The notes under the pieces are model-generated. The model searched no databases and was not told where the DNA came from. It saw nothing but the letters and a program-made list of their open reading frames with translations. A stretch of DNA of 64,000 nt. Source: Cladosporium halotolerans (Eukaryota). The DNA lies in contig NW_027191474.1 of assembly GCF_011745625.1 (NCBI RefSeq), positions 310,001 through 374,000 on the forward strand, written 5' to 3'. Each line of letters opens with the position of its first letter. Position 1 is the stretch's first letter. Positions 21,954 to 33,198 of this stretch are shown piece by piece. Position numbers and translations under genes: made by a program.

Positions 21954-22634
21954 TCACGCCTGCTCACCACCCTTCACCGTCTTGTACGCCCTCACGACCT
22001 CCGGCAGCTCCTGCGTCCTGGCAAACCACGCCTTGACGCTCGGGTACTTCTCCAGACTAAGCCCCGCGAATTCATGCTGCCTCATCCAAGGCTCAAAGTG
22101 ATAGTCGACGGCCGTCGGGCCCTCGCCAGCCAGCACCCACTGCCCGCCATGCTTCTTGAACTGCCCCTCCAGAACCTCAAAGCACCTCAGCGCCTGCGCC
22201 TCATACCGCTTGTACGCGTCGTCGTTCTTGTTCTCGTGATAGTGCCTGAACCAATTGCACTGCCCCATCATGGGGCCCATGGTGCTGACCAGGAAGCTCG
22301 TCCAGGCGTCGAAGTCGGCCCGGCCCTGCTCGCCGGCCGCCTTGCTGGGCCCCAGCTTGCCGCCCTGGTCGTAGACGCGCAGCAGGTAGTTGATGCAGGC
22401 CAGGCTCTCCCAGCTCGTGACGCCGGTGTTGGGGTCCTCGAGCGCGGGCACGCGGCCGTTGGGGTTGATGGCCGTGAACTCGGCGCCCTTGACGCCCGAG
22501 CTCGACGCCGAGAAGTCCCAGAGCTTGACGGTGTAGGCCAGATCGAGCTTCTCGAGGGCGATGGCGACTTTGTAGGGGTTGGGGCCCGTGTGGTGGGCGT
22601 GCAGGACGAGGGGTTTGAGGGAGTTGGTGGACAT
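21954..22634 (-). CDS. Glutathione S-transferase (Ure2p/GST-II-like)
   Basis: GPNPYKV, INPNGRVPAL, WESLAC, GPMMGQCNWF. Confidence 0.92.
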   Translation of the reverse strand: MSTNSLKPLVLHAHHTGPNPYKVAIALEKLDLAYTVKLWDFSASSSGVKGAEFTAINPNGRVPALEDPNTGVTSWESLACINYLLRVYDQGGKLGPSKAAGEQGRADFDAWTSFLVSTMGPMMGQCNWFRHYHENKNDDAYKRYEAQALRCFEVLEGQFKKHGGQWVLAGEGPTAVDYHFEPWMRQHEFAGLSLEKYPSVKAWFARTQELPEVVRAYKTVKGGEQA

Positions 22635-23252
22635 TTTCTGGGGTGGTTTGTTGGTGAGGTTGCGGTTGGAGATGGATTGTGTGAGGGGGTTTGTTCGCTA
22701 AAAGAAAACGAAATCTATGTACATTTATATACCTACGATTGCAGTACATTACTTTCCCCCTCGGGTGTATGGCAGATTTGTCAGAGGAATCGTCTCTTGT
22801 TGCGTCACTGTGTTGAGTTCTTCCCCACAGTTGACCAAGCGGCAACGCGGGGCCCAGATGGTTTCGTACACCCAACGTGAAATTGATTGAAGCGATGCAT
22901 TGAATTGCGAGGGCGTCACTGTGAGAGATAGATAGATAACACATAGACCTTGGTCAAAGGAAAGTCGATCAATAATGAAATCGAATTGGTGGCGACGTGC
23001 CGAATCTGGTGTACGAAGTTATTTCGTACGGCAGCTGGAAGGGTCCACCAGTGGAGGGGCAGCGTCCCAGCGAGCAACTCGAAACCTTGATGGACGGGAA
23101 CTTTCCATAACTGCCAGGTTGATGATTTTGTTGCGCACCACAAATCGGCATTTCGTGATCTATGCCTGAGTTGACCCAAGTCTATGAGGGGATGAAACGT
23201 TGGCCGTTGATGTCAGGCTAATTATACATGCTTGATTTTTCTGGTCTATCGT

Positions 23253-26200
23253 CTAATCAATAGTGCTCTGGTCGTCTTCCTTGACAACCTGAGTGGTCTC
23301 AGGAACCACTGCAGGCAAAGTCGAGCCATGGCTCTCTTCATTGGAAGGGCCACTGACGGGCGTTGCCTCGACAGTCTGGATCTGGTCACTAGCAGCATCA
23401 GCCATGTCGGCTGGCTTTAGAGCAGCCTGCTCGTCGCCGCTCGAAGTATCCAGAGCAACCTTCTCCTTCTCCTCCTCAGCGATCTCCGCCGCCTCCCAGT
23501 CATCCACGACAGCCTCCTTCTTCGGCTTCGGCTTCACCAAAGGCGTCTTCTTGGCGAAAGTGACCTTCCCACCCGTCAACGCAGCGAAAGAATTGCTAGC
23601 GGAAGCGTTCGGAATATTGGCAGTCGGAGCCCTGGGGGCAGCCTTCTTTGCCGCAACTCTGGACCAGCCGTCGCCGCCCGAGGCCTCAGCCTCACGTCGA
23701 TGGACATTCAGCGAGCTGTCCGTGCAGCACAACTGAAGGCTGCCGAAGCCCTTGCCGGAAATGGCCGCTTTCAAGGGCTCTTTGAGACCAAGAAGATATT
23801 GCTGGACGTCTTCGCTGGAGAGGGTGCGAGTCATAGCTTTGAGGACGACCTCCTCGTTAGGCAAGAATTCGACGTCGAAAGTCAATGGCGAGCTCGAGGG
23901 GACCAGAGCGGCGATTTCGGGTCGGAGCTCTTCGACGGTCAGGCCAAATCTAGGGTTGCTGATGACGAAGCTGTTGAAAGGCTCGGAGGCCTCATTGCTC
24001 GCTTTGACCTTCTTCGCTCCCTCAGCATCGGAGTTGTACGCACTGCCAGCGGCAGACCTCTGCGCTTGTCGGATGCGAAGACATTCAGCAAGGGTCTTGT
24101 TCGGCGCGGAGACGAAACGAGGCGTCTTCCAGATCATGACATGGCGATGTGGCTCCGGATCCATGCTTTCGGAATCCATTCCAAAATCTTCGGCGAGGTG
24201 GTGGATGAAGACACGCTCGCGCGCCTTCATGGGCTTAAAGCGAAGACGCTTCTCATCATCTGACATGGCAAAAACACGAAATTCACGCTCCTGCGTCTGA
24301 GCCCATTTGGCATTCTCACCAAACAGGTTGAGTGTTTCTGCCGAATACGGGATGTGGTCGCCCCCGTCACCATGCAACGACTTGTCGATGTTGAGTGCGA
24401 GCGCAAGCTTCCTGTTTCGTTCGAGCCGCGCGCACTCGTCGTTGCAGGCCAGGCTCTTTCCGTTGTTGCCTTCGCCATCCTTCGACGCGTTACATTTCAT
24501 TTCCTGCTTCTGAGCTTGGCATTCGCAAGTTATGAAAATCTTGCTCGTGCATGGCTTATCTTCCTTGCAGGGAAATGGAGCATGACACTGGTTCTCATCC
24601 GGATGACCGCACATCTTCTTCGGCTTGCCGCAAGGCTGTTGGCAAGCCTGGCCGTTAGCGTCTTCGCACTCTCCAGGCCTATGACAGGGTTTGCGGCAGT
24701 AATGTGACCCGCACCTAAGCTTGTGGCCACATATCTCACCGCAGCGGACGTCCTGCAACCAGCACTGCTGGTTCTTCAAGGTCTTCTTTCCGCACATGCA
24801 CCGCTTCTCCATAAGGAACGGACATTTGGGACAGGCCTCGTCGTCTTGGTGACAGTTATGTGGCACTTGCGGGTGGCCACAAGCTTTTGCACGCTCGCAG
24901 GGATACCGGCATGGTGGAGGCTTGGTACCGCACGGGAGCGGCGGGTGAAGGACGGTACGGCCGCAACGACAACTGATCTCGTCAAAAATGGCTTCGCGAC
25001 ATGTCCCGCAGGGACCCTTGTGGCAAAGCTCTTCGCAAAAGTGTGTACCGCACTTCAGGAGACGGCCACACTGCCTGGTGCAAATGTGTTCCGCCTCGAA
25101 CAGATCCTCCACTGGCCTCGGCGCAGAGTTCAATGGCCTTTGCTTGCGCTTGCTGCTCTGACGTTCAGCGGCTTTACGCTCGCCGGTGCAACATCTCTCG
25201 TCACAGCCGTGGCGTCCGCAGTTCAGCAGTGTTCGGCAGACTCGCATGCACTGCGGAGGCTCGTTTCTGCCTTGGTGACAAAGCGACGTTGATTCAGTCC
25301 GGCCGCATCTGCATTTGATGGTGACCTTCTGCCTGCAAGCACCGCAATCTCCAGTATGGCAAATCTGGTTGCATTGGTGGCCACACGGCAGCACCTTGCC
25401 GCAAGGCTGTGTGCAGCTCGGGATGGGATCTTGACACGAATCTCTGGTGATGGTGGAAATTTCGTTGAGAGGCGTCTTTCCACAAGGACAATGCGTGACG
25501 ACGTCGGGTGACCGCGGGCAATGTGATGCTTGCAGCTCCTGGCTGTGACACTCATTCTGACATCTGTGGACGCCGCAGTCAAACTCCCGCTCGCAGGTGT
25601 TACTGCATTCGAACATTCCTGTCCAAGTCTCGAGGATAGGATCGCCTTCTGCGACAACGTGCGATCGTTGACTCTCTTTCTCGTCCCCACGATCAGCACA
25701 AAGCAGCTCCTTCTCGACCTGTCCGCAGTAGCACTTGGCGGGCACGCGTTCCTCGCACGCTCCACAGAAGCCTTCATGGCAGGGCCGTGGGCATGTGTGC
25801 TCGCCACAAGGCATCAGCTCTCCACACAGCTCTCCGCAACTCCAGCCTGAGTCGTAGTCTGTCTCAGAGCAGCGCCTCGTCACTTCATGCTTGCCGCAGA
25901 AACAAATTTGCGTCGGACCCATGTGAGTACAAGGCGGACACGGCCCAGCGTGGCAAGTGAGCTGACATGGATGCGGGCATTTCCGCGCACGCTGCCGACC
26001 ACATGTTTGCCCGCAGGAATGGGGCGGGATGCCGGCGAGCGACTTTGGATCGTACTCCTTCTCGCACCAACACGTGTAGTGCTTTGGAAGCTCATCCTTG
26101 GGTAAGTTGCAGCCAGGGCATCGCCATTGCCGAGGTGGCGGGACGTCACCTTGGGCATTCGGTTGGGCGACAGTGGCGCCCTGATTTGCTGACCATTTCT

Positions 26201-26804
26201 TGATGCAAGTCAGGTGGAATGCGGTCCAGCAAGTGTGACATGCCCAGACTTTTGAGTTCCTCTGGACCTCGCTCGTGCAAATCGGACATTCGTAGTGACC
26301 GTTATCAATGTCTTCGTGAGTTCGCGTGGCGATGTCCGGCGCTTGGGATTTGGACAATCGTCGTTTCTGTTGCCTAGGCGGTTTTGGCGGTGCCTTTGCC
26401 TTCGGCTTTGGCACAGGCTGCTGTCCGGGAACGAATTCGGCCGCATCAGCTTGCAATTGAATTTGTACAGCAGGCTGTTCCGTCTGCGTCAGCTGCCCGC
26501 CAAACTGTCTGCCGTCGACGGTTCGTCGATCGGCATGGTTCCCGCGACCTCCCCGCCCTCTGCCTCGGCGAGAGGACCGATTGCGATTCGAGCTGTCCGC
26601 AGATGGATTTGTTGATGTTGCTGTGGCTGATTGGTCGGGCGCAGGAGACTGAGGTGAAGGTGTGACTGAGGCAGGCCTAAAGCTCAAAGATTCAGAAGCA
26701 GTACCGCCGCCTCTGCCTCGCCGTGAGCCTCTTGGACGACGGGGTCTGGATCTCTGAGCGGATTGCGCCTGCGCAGCCGGCTGGCCTGAGGGTTCCGCCT
26801 GCAT
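23253..26804 (-). CDS. FAP1: NF-X1-type zinc finger / RING / R3H protein (Fap1/Shuttle craft-like)
   Basis: RING/PHD YECPIC...CHTC...FHLTCIKKW, many C-x3-C-H-x-G-x-C NF-X1 fingers, R3H motif ERVFIHHLAEDF. Confidence 0.92.
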   Translation of the reverse strand: MQAEPSGQPAAQAQSAQRSRPRRPRGSRRGRGGGTASESLSFRPASVTPSPQSPAPDQSATATSTNPSADSSNRNRSSRRGRGRGGRGNHADRRTVDGRQFGGQLTQTEQPAVQIQLQADAAEFVPGQQPVPKPKAKAPPKPPRQQKRRLSKSQAPDIATRTHEDIDNGHYECPICTSEVQRNSKVWACHTCWTAFHLTCIKKWSANQGATVAQPNAQGDVPPPRQWRCPGCNLPKDELPKHYTCWCEKEYDPKSLAGIPPHSCGQTCGRQRARKCPHPCQLTCHAGPCPPCTHMGPTQICFCGKHEVTRRCSETDYDSGWSCGELCGELMPCGEHTCPRPCHEGFCGACEERVPAKCYCGQVEKELLCADRGDEKESQRSHVVAEGDPILETWTGMFECSNTCEREFDCGVHRCQNECHSQELQASHCPRSPDVVTHCPCGKTPLNEISTITRDSCQDPIPSCTQPCGKVLPCGHQCNQICHTGDCGACRQKVTIKCRCGRTESTSLCHQGRNEPPQCMRVCRTLLNCGRHGCDERCCTGERKAAERQSSKRKQRPLNSAPRPVEDLFEAEHICTRQCGRLLKCGTHFCEELCHKGPCGTCREAIFDEISCRCGRTVLHPPLPCGTKPPPCRYPCERAKACGHPQVPHNCHQDDEACPKCPFLMEKRCMCGKKTLKNQQCWLQDVRCGEICGHKLRCGSHYCRKPCHRPGECEDANGQACQQPCGKPKKMCGHPDENQCHAPFPCKEDKPCTSKIFITCECQAQKQEMKCNASKDGEGNNGKSLACNDECARLERNRKLALALNIDKSLHGDGGDHIPYSAETLNLFGENAKWAQTQEREFRVFAMSDDEKRLRFKPMKARERVFIHHLAEDFGMDSESMDPEPHRHVMIWKTPRFVSAPNKTLAECLRIRQAQRSAAGSAYNSDAEGAKKVKASNEASEPFNSFVISNPRFGLTVEELRPEIAALVPSSSPLTFDVEFLPNEEVVLKAMTRTLSSEDVQQYLLGLKEPLKAAISGKGFGSLQLCCTDSSLNVHRREAEASGGDGWSRVAAKKAAPRAPTANIPNASASNSFAALTGGKVTFAKKTPLVKPKPKKEAVVDDWEAAEIAEEEKEKVALDTSSGDEQAALKPADMADAASDQIQTVEATPVSGPSNEESHGSTLPAVVPETTQVVKEDDQSTID

Positions 26805-27370
26805 GGCGGTGATTGATGTCGGTGACGTTGAGTTTCGTTTGCGCGTTGAGGGTAAGAAGAATGTCCGGTGAACCAGGTTGATGAGCTGTAAGATAGAAGT
26901 GTAGCAACTCGCCTCGATCGCTAGTTAGGCGTAGCAAGAATCGGTATCAAAAGTCTCAAAAGTGAACAGTGCTTCGTCCGCAAGAAGAAACCAATCCGCA
27001 GAGAGAAAGAGTGAAGTTCGCCACCACGGAAGGAAAATGCTCGTAGTATAGGGACTAGCAGTCCAGGGTGGACCAGAGTTGGATGTATACAGGCGGCGAG
27101 GAGGCGCTCCGGCGCTGGTGGCGAAGGCGGTAGCTGAGCGCTGACCTGATCAGAATTGCTCATCTGCCTTCGACGATGCACTTTCTGGCTGCCGTGACGT
27201 CGGCGAGATTCGCGACGCCCGCGCCGTCGCTTCGTCTTCAGCCCTGTCGGCACGGCCCTCCCACCTCTTGCTCCGCGCGCGCCTGGTCCAGCCATTTCCC
27301 AAGCTCTCTTCTTGACATCCTTACACTCACATTCGCCTCATCCAGCGCACCGCAGGAGTCGCGACTGGGC

Positions 27371-29296
27371 ATGGCCTCCAACGATACAACTACACCTTTG
27401 CAGGGGACGAAACGACCCCACGACGAGGTCGACGCCGCGCCCACTGCAGACGGCGCGAAACGCGACGAGAGCGAGTCGGAAAGCGACGATGACTTCGGCC
27501 CTGCCCTTCCCTCAGCTGCCGATGCGCCCAAGAAGAAGCGACGACGAAAGCTGCCATATGAAAAGCAATACATCGCAGCGCTGCCCTCCGCGATCCGGTA
27601 TTCAAAGTCGTCAATGCACAAGGAGCAGCTTTCGTTTTGCACCTTCACACCTCACACGGATTTTCTGATCACCAGCTCGGTGGATGGCTTTGTCAAGTTC
27701 TGGAAGAAGGTCACGGGAGGCATCGAGTTTGTGAAAGAGTTCAAAGCACACAATGGCGAGATCAAGAGTGTATCTGTGAGCGCAGACGGACGAGGATACG
27801 CGACGGCAGGCGCAGATGGCACCGTCAAGATCTTTGATGTCGTCAATTTTGATCTACTTGCCATGCTTGAGCCAGAGCTACCGCCCAAATGCGTCTGTTT
27901 TGTCAACGGCAGCGCTTCCTCGGATGTCACGCTCGCCGTGTCCAACGAGACCGACGGTCGCATCATGATGTACGATGGAAGAGGTGAAATCCAACCGCCT
28001 CTCCATACTATTAGTGGCCTGCACCGTAAGCCTGTGAATCTCATGGTCTACAACAATGCCTTTGACTGCGTCATTTCCACCGACGAAGGTGGCATGGTCG
28101 AATATTGGCGGCCCTCGGGTAGCTACGAGAAGCCCGATAATGTATTCGACATCAAGAGCTCTACATCGTTGTTCGAGTTCAAAAAGGCCAAGTCTGTACC
28201 ATCTGCCATCACAGTATCTCCTACGGGTACCCAATTTGCTACCTTCTCTTTCCCTGATCGCAAGGTCAGAGTGTTTGACTTCGCTACAGGCAAGCTCTAT
28301 CGTACGTACGATGAAAACATACAGACGGTGACCGAAATGCAGCAAGCTGGAACGCTCAGCAGTGAGCCGATCGAGGCTGTAGAGTTCGGTAGGCGGATGG
28401 CTGTCGAACGCGAATTGGAGAACCCTACGCTGCGCAACAAAGCCAATGTCATTTTCGACGAAAGCGGAAACTTCATCCTGTACGGCAGCATACTGGGCAC
28501 GAAAGTCATCAATACGCTATCAAACCGTGTGGTCAAAATTTACGGCCGTCACGAGACAATTCGCCCCATCAACCTGACCCTCTACCAAGGCCAGCCGGAC
28601 AAGAAGGGGGTCGTCACTGTGCAGATGGCAGCTTCTGAGAATCCTTTGCTCCAGGAGGCCGAAGCCCGTGACTGCATGCTCACCACCACAGCCGCCAACA
28701 GGCCACGCTTTTACATGTTCACGAACGATAACGATGTGCCCAAATCCGATCGCGACATCCACAACGAGAAGCCGAAGAATCTGATCGCACAAAAGCAGGC
28801 TGAGGAGAAGGCTGCATCCGAAGCGCGAATGTCTTCTTCGGCCACAATACATACCACCATGGGCGACATCCAAGTCCGCATGTTCCCTCAACACGCCCCG
28901 AAGGCTGTTGAGAATTTCACCCAACACGCCAAGAACGACTACTACAACGGTATCATCTTCCACCGCATCATTCGGAAGTTCATGATCCAAACCGGCGACC
29001 CGCTTGGCGACGGCACTGGCGGAGAGAGCATCTGGGGCAAGGAGTTCGAGGACGAATTCACCCCTGCGCTGAGGCACGACAAACCATACACCCTTTCGAT
29101 GGCGAATGCGGGCCCGGGAACGAACGCGAGCCAGTTCTTCATCACGACGGAGAAGACGCCCTGGCTGGACGACAAGCACACTATCTTCGGGCGGTGCGTG
29201 AAGGGTATGGATGTGGTGCATATGATTGAGAATGCGAGGGTTTACAAGGAGAAGCCCGTGGATGATATTAAGATCATCAACATCAGCGTCGACTGA
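27371..29296 (+). CDS. cyp15: WD40-repeat cyclophilin (PPWD1/Cyp15)
   Basis: N-terminal WD40 (DGFVKFWKK) plus C-terminal cyclophilin FHRIIRKFMIQTGDPLGDGTGGESIWG, SMANAGP, WLDDKHTIFG; start taken at MASNDTT. Confidence 0.95.
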   Translation: MASNDTTTPLQGTKRPHDEVDAAPTADGAKRDESESESDDDFGPALPSAADAPKKKRRRKLPYEKQYIAALPSAIRYSKSSMHKEQLSFCTFTPHTDFLITSSVDGFVKFWKKVTGGIEFVKEFKAHNGEIKSVSVSADGRGYATAGADGTVKIFDVVNFDLLAMLEPELPPKCVCFVNGSASSDVTLAVSNETDGRIMMYDGRGEIQPPLHTISGLHRKPVNLMVYNNAFDCVISTDEGGMVEYWRPSGSYEKPDNVFDIKSSTSLFEFKKAKSVPSAITVSPTGTQFATFSFPDRKVRVFDFATGKLYRTYDENIQTVTEMQQAGTLSSEPIEAVEFGRRMAVERELENPTLRNKANVIFDESGNFILYGSILGTKVINTLSNRVVKIYGRHETIRPINLTLYQGQPDKKGVVTVQMAASENPLLQEAEARDCMLTTTAANRPRFYMFTNDNDVPKSDRDIHNEKPKNLIAQKQAEEKAASEARMSSSATIHTTMGDIQVRMFPQHAPKAVENFTQHAKNDYYNGIIFHRIIRKFMIQTGDPLGDGTGGESIWGKEFEDEFTPALRHDKPYTLSMANAGPGTNASQFFITTEKTPWLDDKHTIFGRCVKGMDVVHMIENARVYKEKPVDDIKIINISVD

Positions 29297-29615
29297 GTTC
29301 TTGGAATAGTGCCTTGTAGACTTGGCTTAATCTTTGTAAACTCTCCAAATGAAAAAGAATTTGTGATGGAGAGCACGACGGCAATTCAGCAATCGTCTCA
29401 TATAACTTTTGGTTTTGCTTTTCTTCAACGCCTATCTTTCGTTTTCGCACAAACCTCATTCCAAACTGTAACATTCGCAATAATATCAAGAGCGTTTGTC
29501 TGTGCCCAAAGGAGTGACTGTCACCATGATGATCAGGGCCCACGACAAATCAATACCCAACTAATATCCCGATGCACGAGCAACTCGCGCTGTCCATTGC
29601 GACCAATAACCGCAT

Positions 29616-30268
29616 TTACACGAACAGGGGAATCTTCGCCACAGCATCGGCATACTGGTTAGCCAAGAAGACGCAAGCGGCCTTCTTCAGAACGTTCTTC
29701 AGACCCTTGTACTTGGCGCACTCGCGATACATGTCCTCGCGGAAGTTGACGTCCGTCCGGACCTTGTTGACGATGTTCCACTGCCCCTTGCGCTTGAAGT
29801 TGCGCGTGCCGAAGTCGTGGCGGTGGCAGGCCGGGATGAAGTTGAAGCCCGCCGGGCGGTCCCAGATGAAGCTGCAGTTGTCGGAGGACCAGTTCAGGCA
29901 CTTCGGCTCGTCTTTGCCGCCGTGGGCGTTGCGTTCGTTCTCGAATTGCGTGATACCTGTGAGGGTCTGAGAGTCTGACTTTGTGAGTTATGAGTGCCTG
30001 CGAGTGGCTTACTGAAGTCAAACATTACTTCTTTGATCCTGCGTAGAGTGCATTGACCGACCGCTCTTTCTTCGAGCGAGCGGGTTTCGGGTTCGCCATC
30101 GTCATCGACAGCTGCTGATAGAGCTTGCTCAACTTGTTCGATGCTGTTAAATCCCAGAGACTCAGCGAATCCCGGGAGATCGATATCTTTTGGCAAATCA
30201 GGCACCGTTGGAAGAGCTGTTGCGGAGCTCAGGAGATTGAATACAATGGAAAGTGCAAGGACCTTCAT
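29616..30268 (-). CDS. Secreted prokaryotic/fungal-type (group XIV) phospholipase A2; intron 29957-30012
   Basis: Signal peptide MKVLALSIVFNLLSSATA; spliced exon 2 gives CLNWSSDNCS...GFNFIPACHRHDFGTRNFK...DVNFREDMYREC. The coding frame of exon 2 is not in the ORF track. Confidence 0.87.
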
Positions 30269-31578
30269 CGTCAACGATGGAGTGTATGAGAACTTGGTGT
30301 TTTTGCTTGCAGGGGTAGGAGATCCGCTGTGGATGGGAATATGAGAAAGAGGGATCTGATGGTTGTTGCGGAGATTTATATGCCGCCCGATCCTCAGTCA
30401 TGGTAGTGCCAGGCACGCTAGGCAATCGGCTCTTTTCGCCCGATGCTCAGAATGCTGGTTGAGCATGCGGAACCACGAGTAGTGTTGGTGAATGCCCAAT
30501 TCTACAAGTGCGACCAATGATCGTTTGAAGAGACAAGACGCGGCATCACCTTAGCATGGCTTGTGCTGTAGTTTGTTTGAAAGGGATGGAGTGGAGGGCA
30601 TTTCGTAGGTCGAGAGCAGCCAGAAAGCGTGAGAGGGGGTGCACAGGCACAGCACAGCCTTCATGTCGTTCAACGACGCTGCAACGGGTGCATCAGGGGA
30701 ATGGTCTAGATCTCAAAGTACGAAGAGCTTTTGTGCCGAAGTCGGCCATTATGATTTTGAGAGCCGTTGCGGTGAGACGTAGTAGGTGCTATATGGTAAT
30801 GCAGTGTACGCAAGGGATGTAAGAGTGCATTACTTGCAGCGATCGTCTTTGACGCAGACTGGTATCTATTCGAAGTCGCTCCCAACGGGACTCGGTACTG
30901 AGATCGTGTTGCCCCTGCCGCGACAGACTCTGAGTGAATGCTTGTTGTGTAACCCATTTGGCCTTGGCGATCATTCAGCTGGGAAGACGGAGGCGTTTCA
31001 CATACCAGTCAAAGACCGAAGAGAGCGCCACCAACATTAGTCCAGAAATTTAAGCGAACTGTAACTAGAGAAGCATGAGGCTCCTCGAACAGATGATTAG
31101 CCGTAGTACATAGCCGCGTCAATGTTGAAGCCGACCGATTGCGCTTGCGCTATGCCTAAGATGAGGCTGGAACCAAACGAAAGATGATGGAGAATCTTTC
31201 TCAATGGGCGGGTGTCGCAAAAACCGTCGTCGAAGATAGTTCTGCCCCACTGTTCGGTTGCTCACAGTGTCAAGAAGGAGCTGAAGTCTAGACTTGACTT
31301 TACAGGTGCGGCAAGGTCCGCATGCTGGGGTGGAGCGACCACCGTGGCGCCCACGATGCGATGACGTAGCGCAGACCACCAGCGCCAGGAACAGCCTTCA
31401 GATACTTGCGCTCGATGTTGTCGCGTATTTTCCTGCCGCCTGCTATCGCAAAACCTAGTCTTTGAAGGATCGCCGCTTTCAGCTCCATATTGACGCCCTA
31501 CTATCATCGCTACGCAAAATCGCCAACTTTACTCTCTGAGAGCTGTAGTTTTTGGCTGAGCGTCGATAACAGCCCACC

Positions 31579-32344
31579 ATGTCAGGTAAGGCACCAGCGT
31601 TAGATCATTCTCAACGTATACTATGGCTAACCCACGAACCCAGCGCCTCCCGTAGATTACTACGCCGCACTCGGTATCGACTCGAAAGCGACACAAGAGC
31701 AGATCCGCAATGCGTATAAGAAGGCGGCGCTGAAACACCACCCCGATCGTGTGCCCGCCGATGCGCCTGACCGGGCCCAGCGCACCAAGAAGTTCCAGCA
31801 GATCAACGACGCCTACTACACACTTTCGGAGACCACAAGACGCCGCGAGTACGACGCCGCTCGCAACCAGTTCCATGGATTTGGATTTGGAGGACCCAGC
31901 GCAGCAGCGGACGACACGTCGGCCGACGAGGAGGTACCTAGGCCGGAACCTGGCAGTGGAATGCCTGGCGGCTTCCCCTGGTCTGCGTTCGGTTTTGGAG
32001 GCACAGCGAAGACCGAGGCAGATGCAAACCAATACTCCAACGAGCAGTTTGGAAGCGTGTTCGAAGAGATGATGAGGGACGAGGGTATGGCGGAGGGAGA
32101 CAACAACAGCCCCACAAAGACTTTCTGGTCAATTGTCGGCGGTGTGAGCGGAGGTGCCATGGGTTTCATCGTCGCAAACATGCCAGGCGCCGTGGCAGGT
32201 GCTGTGGCAGGAAACCGACTTGGCGCTATCCGGGACAAGAAGGGCAAGAGCGTCTATTCTGTGTACCAGGAGCTTGAGCAGCCTGAGAAGATGAGACTGC
32301 TCTCCGAGCTGGCGAGCAAGGTCTTTGCGCATGCGATCAGCTAG
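31579..32344 (+). CDS. DnaJ (J-domain) protein with a C-terminal Gly-rich hydrophobic segment; micro first exon ATGTCAG
   Basis: DYYAALG...IRNAYKKAALKHHPDR...KKFQQINDAYYTLS...RRREYD. Confidence 0.9.
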
Positions 32345-33198
32345 ATGCGACAGTCTTGATTGGACGAGTTGTGGGCGTTGAAGGTTGGGATCAGAGATAC
32401 CACGGCTGGATTTATATAGTGATGTTACGTTCTTCCTAGCTCTAATCATTACCTTCGGGTAACCCTTTCGAATAGCAATAGTCGAGAAAATGGACTGTCC
32501 CCGATTCCATGAGACAATTGGCGAGGTCTAGAATGCTGCTTCTCGTTGTTCTTCTGGCGCAAATTGAAATGATGCCCCCACTTCAGAAGAGCATCAATAG
32601 TACTTGTTGAGCGACTGAGTCTGTTGCGGTGAGCGACAATAGTATCATGTACAAACTTGGATGCTCAGCGGGCTCCTGCTCGTGAAACGTGAAGCCAGAA
32701 GCTTTGTCGAGTCATACGCAGAGCGTGTGGCAATACGATCTCGCAGATACTGTGCACTTGGGGTGCGGCCAATTGCAAGACTGAGAGAAGTAGGAGCCGC
32801 TCGAGGTTGACAATATCTGATTATTCCAAGTGTGTTTCAGTCTGTATACCAGGAAGCCTGAGAGACGGCTGCGGCGAATGCCTTGACTTCCAAGTCGACG
32901 TTCCCCTCCATTCTTGGCAGGATTTTCCGCGGAAACAGTCACGCTTGGAGACGGCTTCGCCATTTTACGACCAAGGACGTCCACGGCCACAGGTTGAGTC
33001 ACGTCGCCACGCGCTGCCCCTGCTTTCTACACGGCCCTCGCGAATTAGGCGTAGAAGGAAACCCGGACGCGCATTTCGTCGAGACCCACAAATTTCACCA
33101 CCGCCTTCTGATCCCGCACCCGGTCACGAAGCGCACGAATCTTCGAATCGAATCCGGCGCAACCAACTTTCACACACAAACACCACATCACCGCAAAC

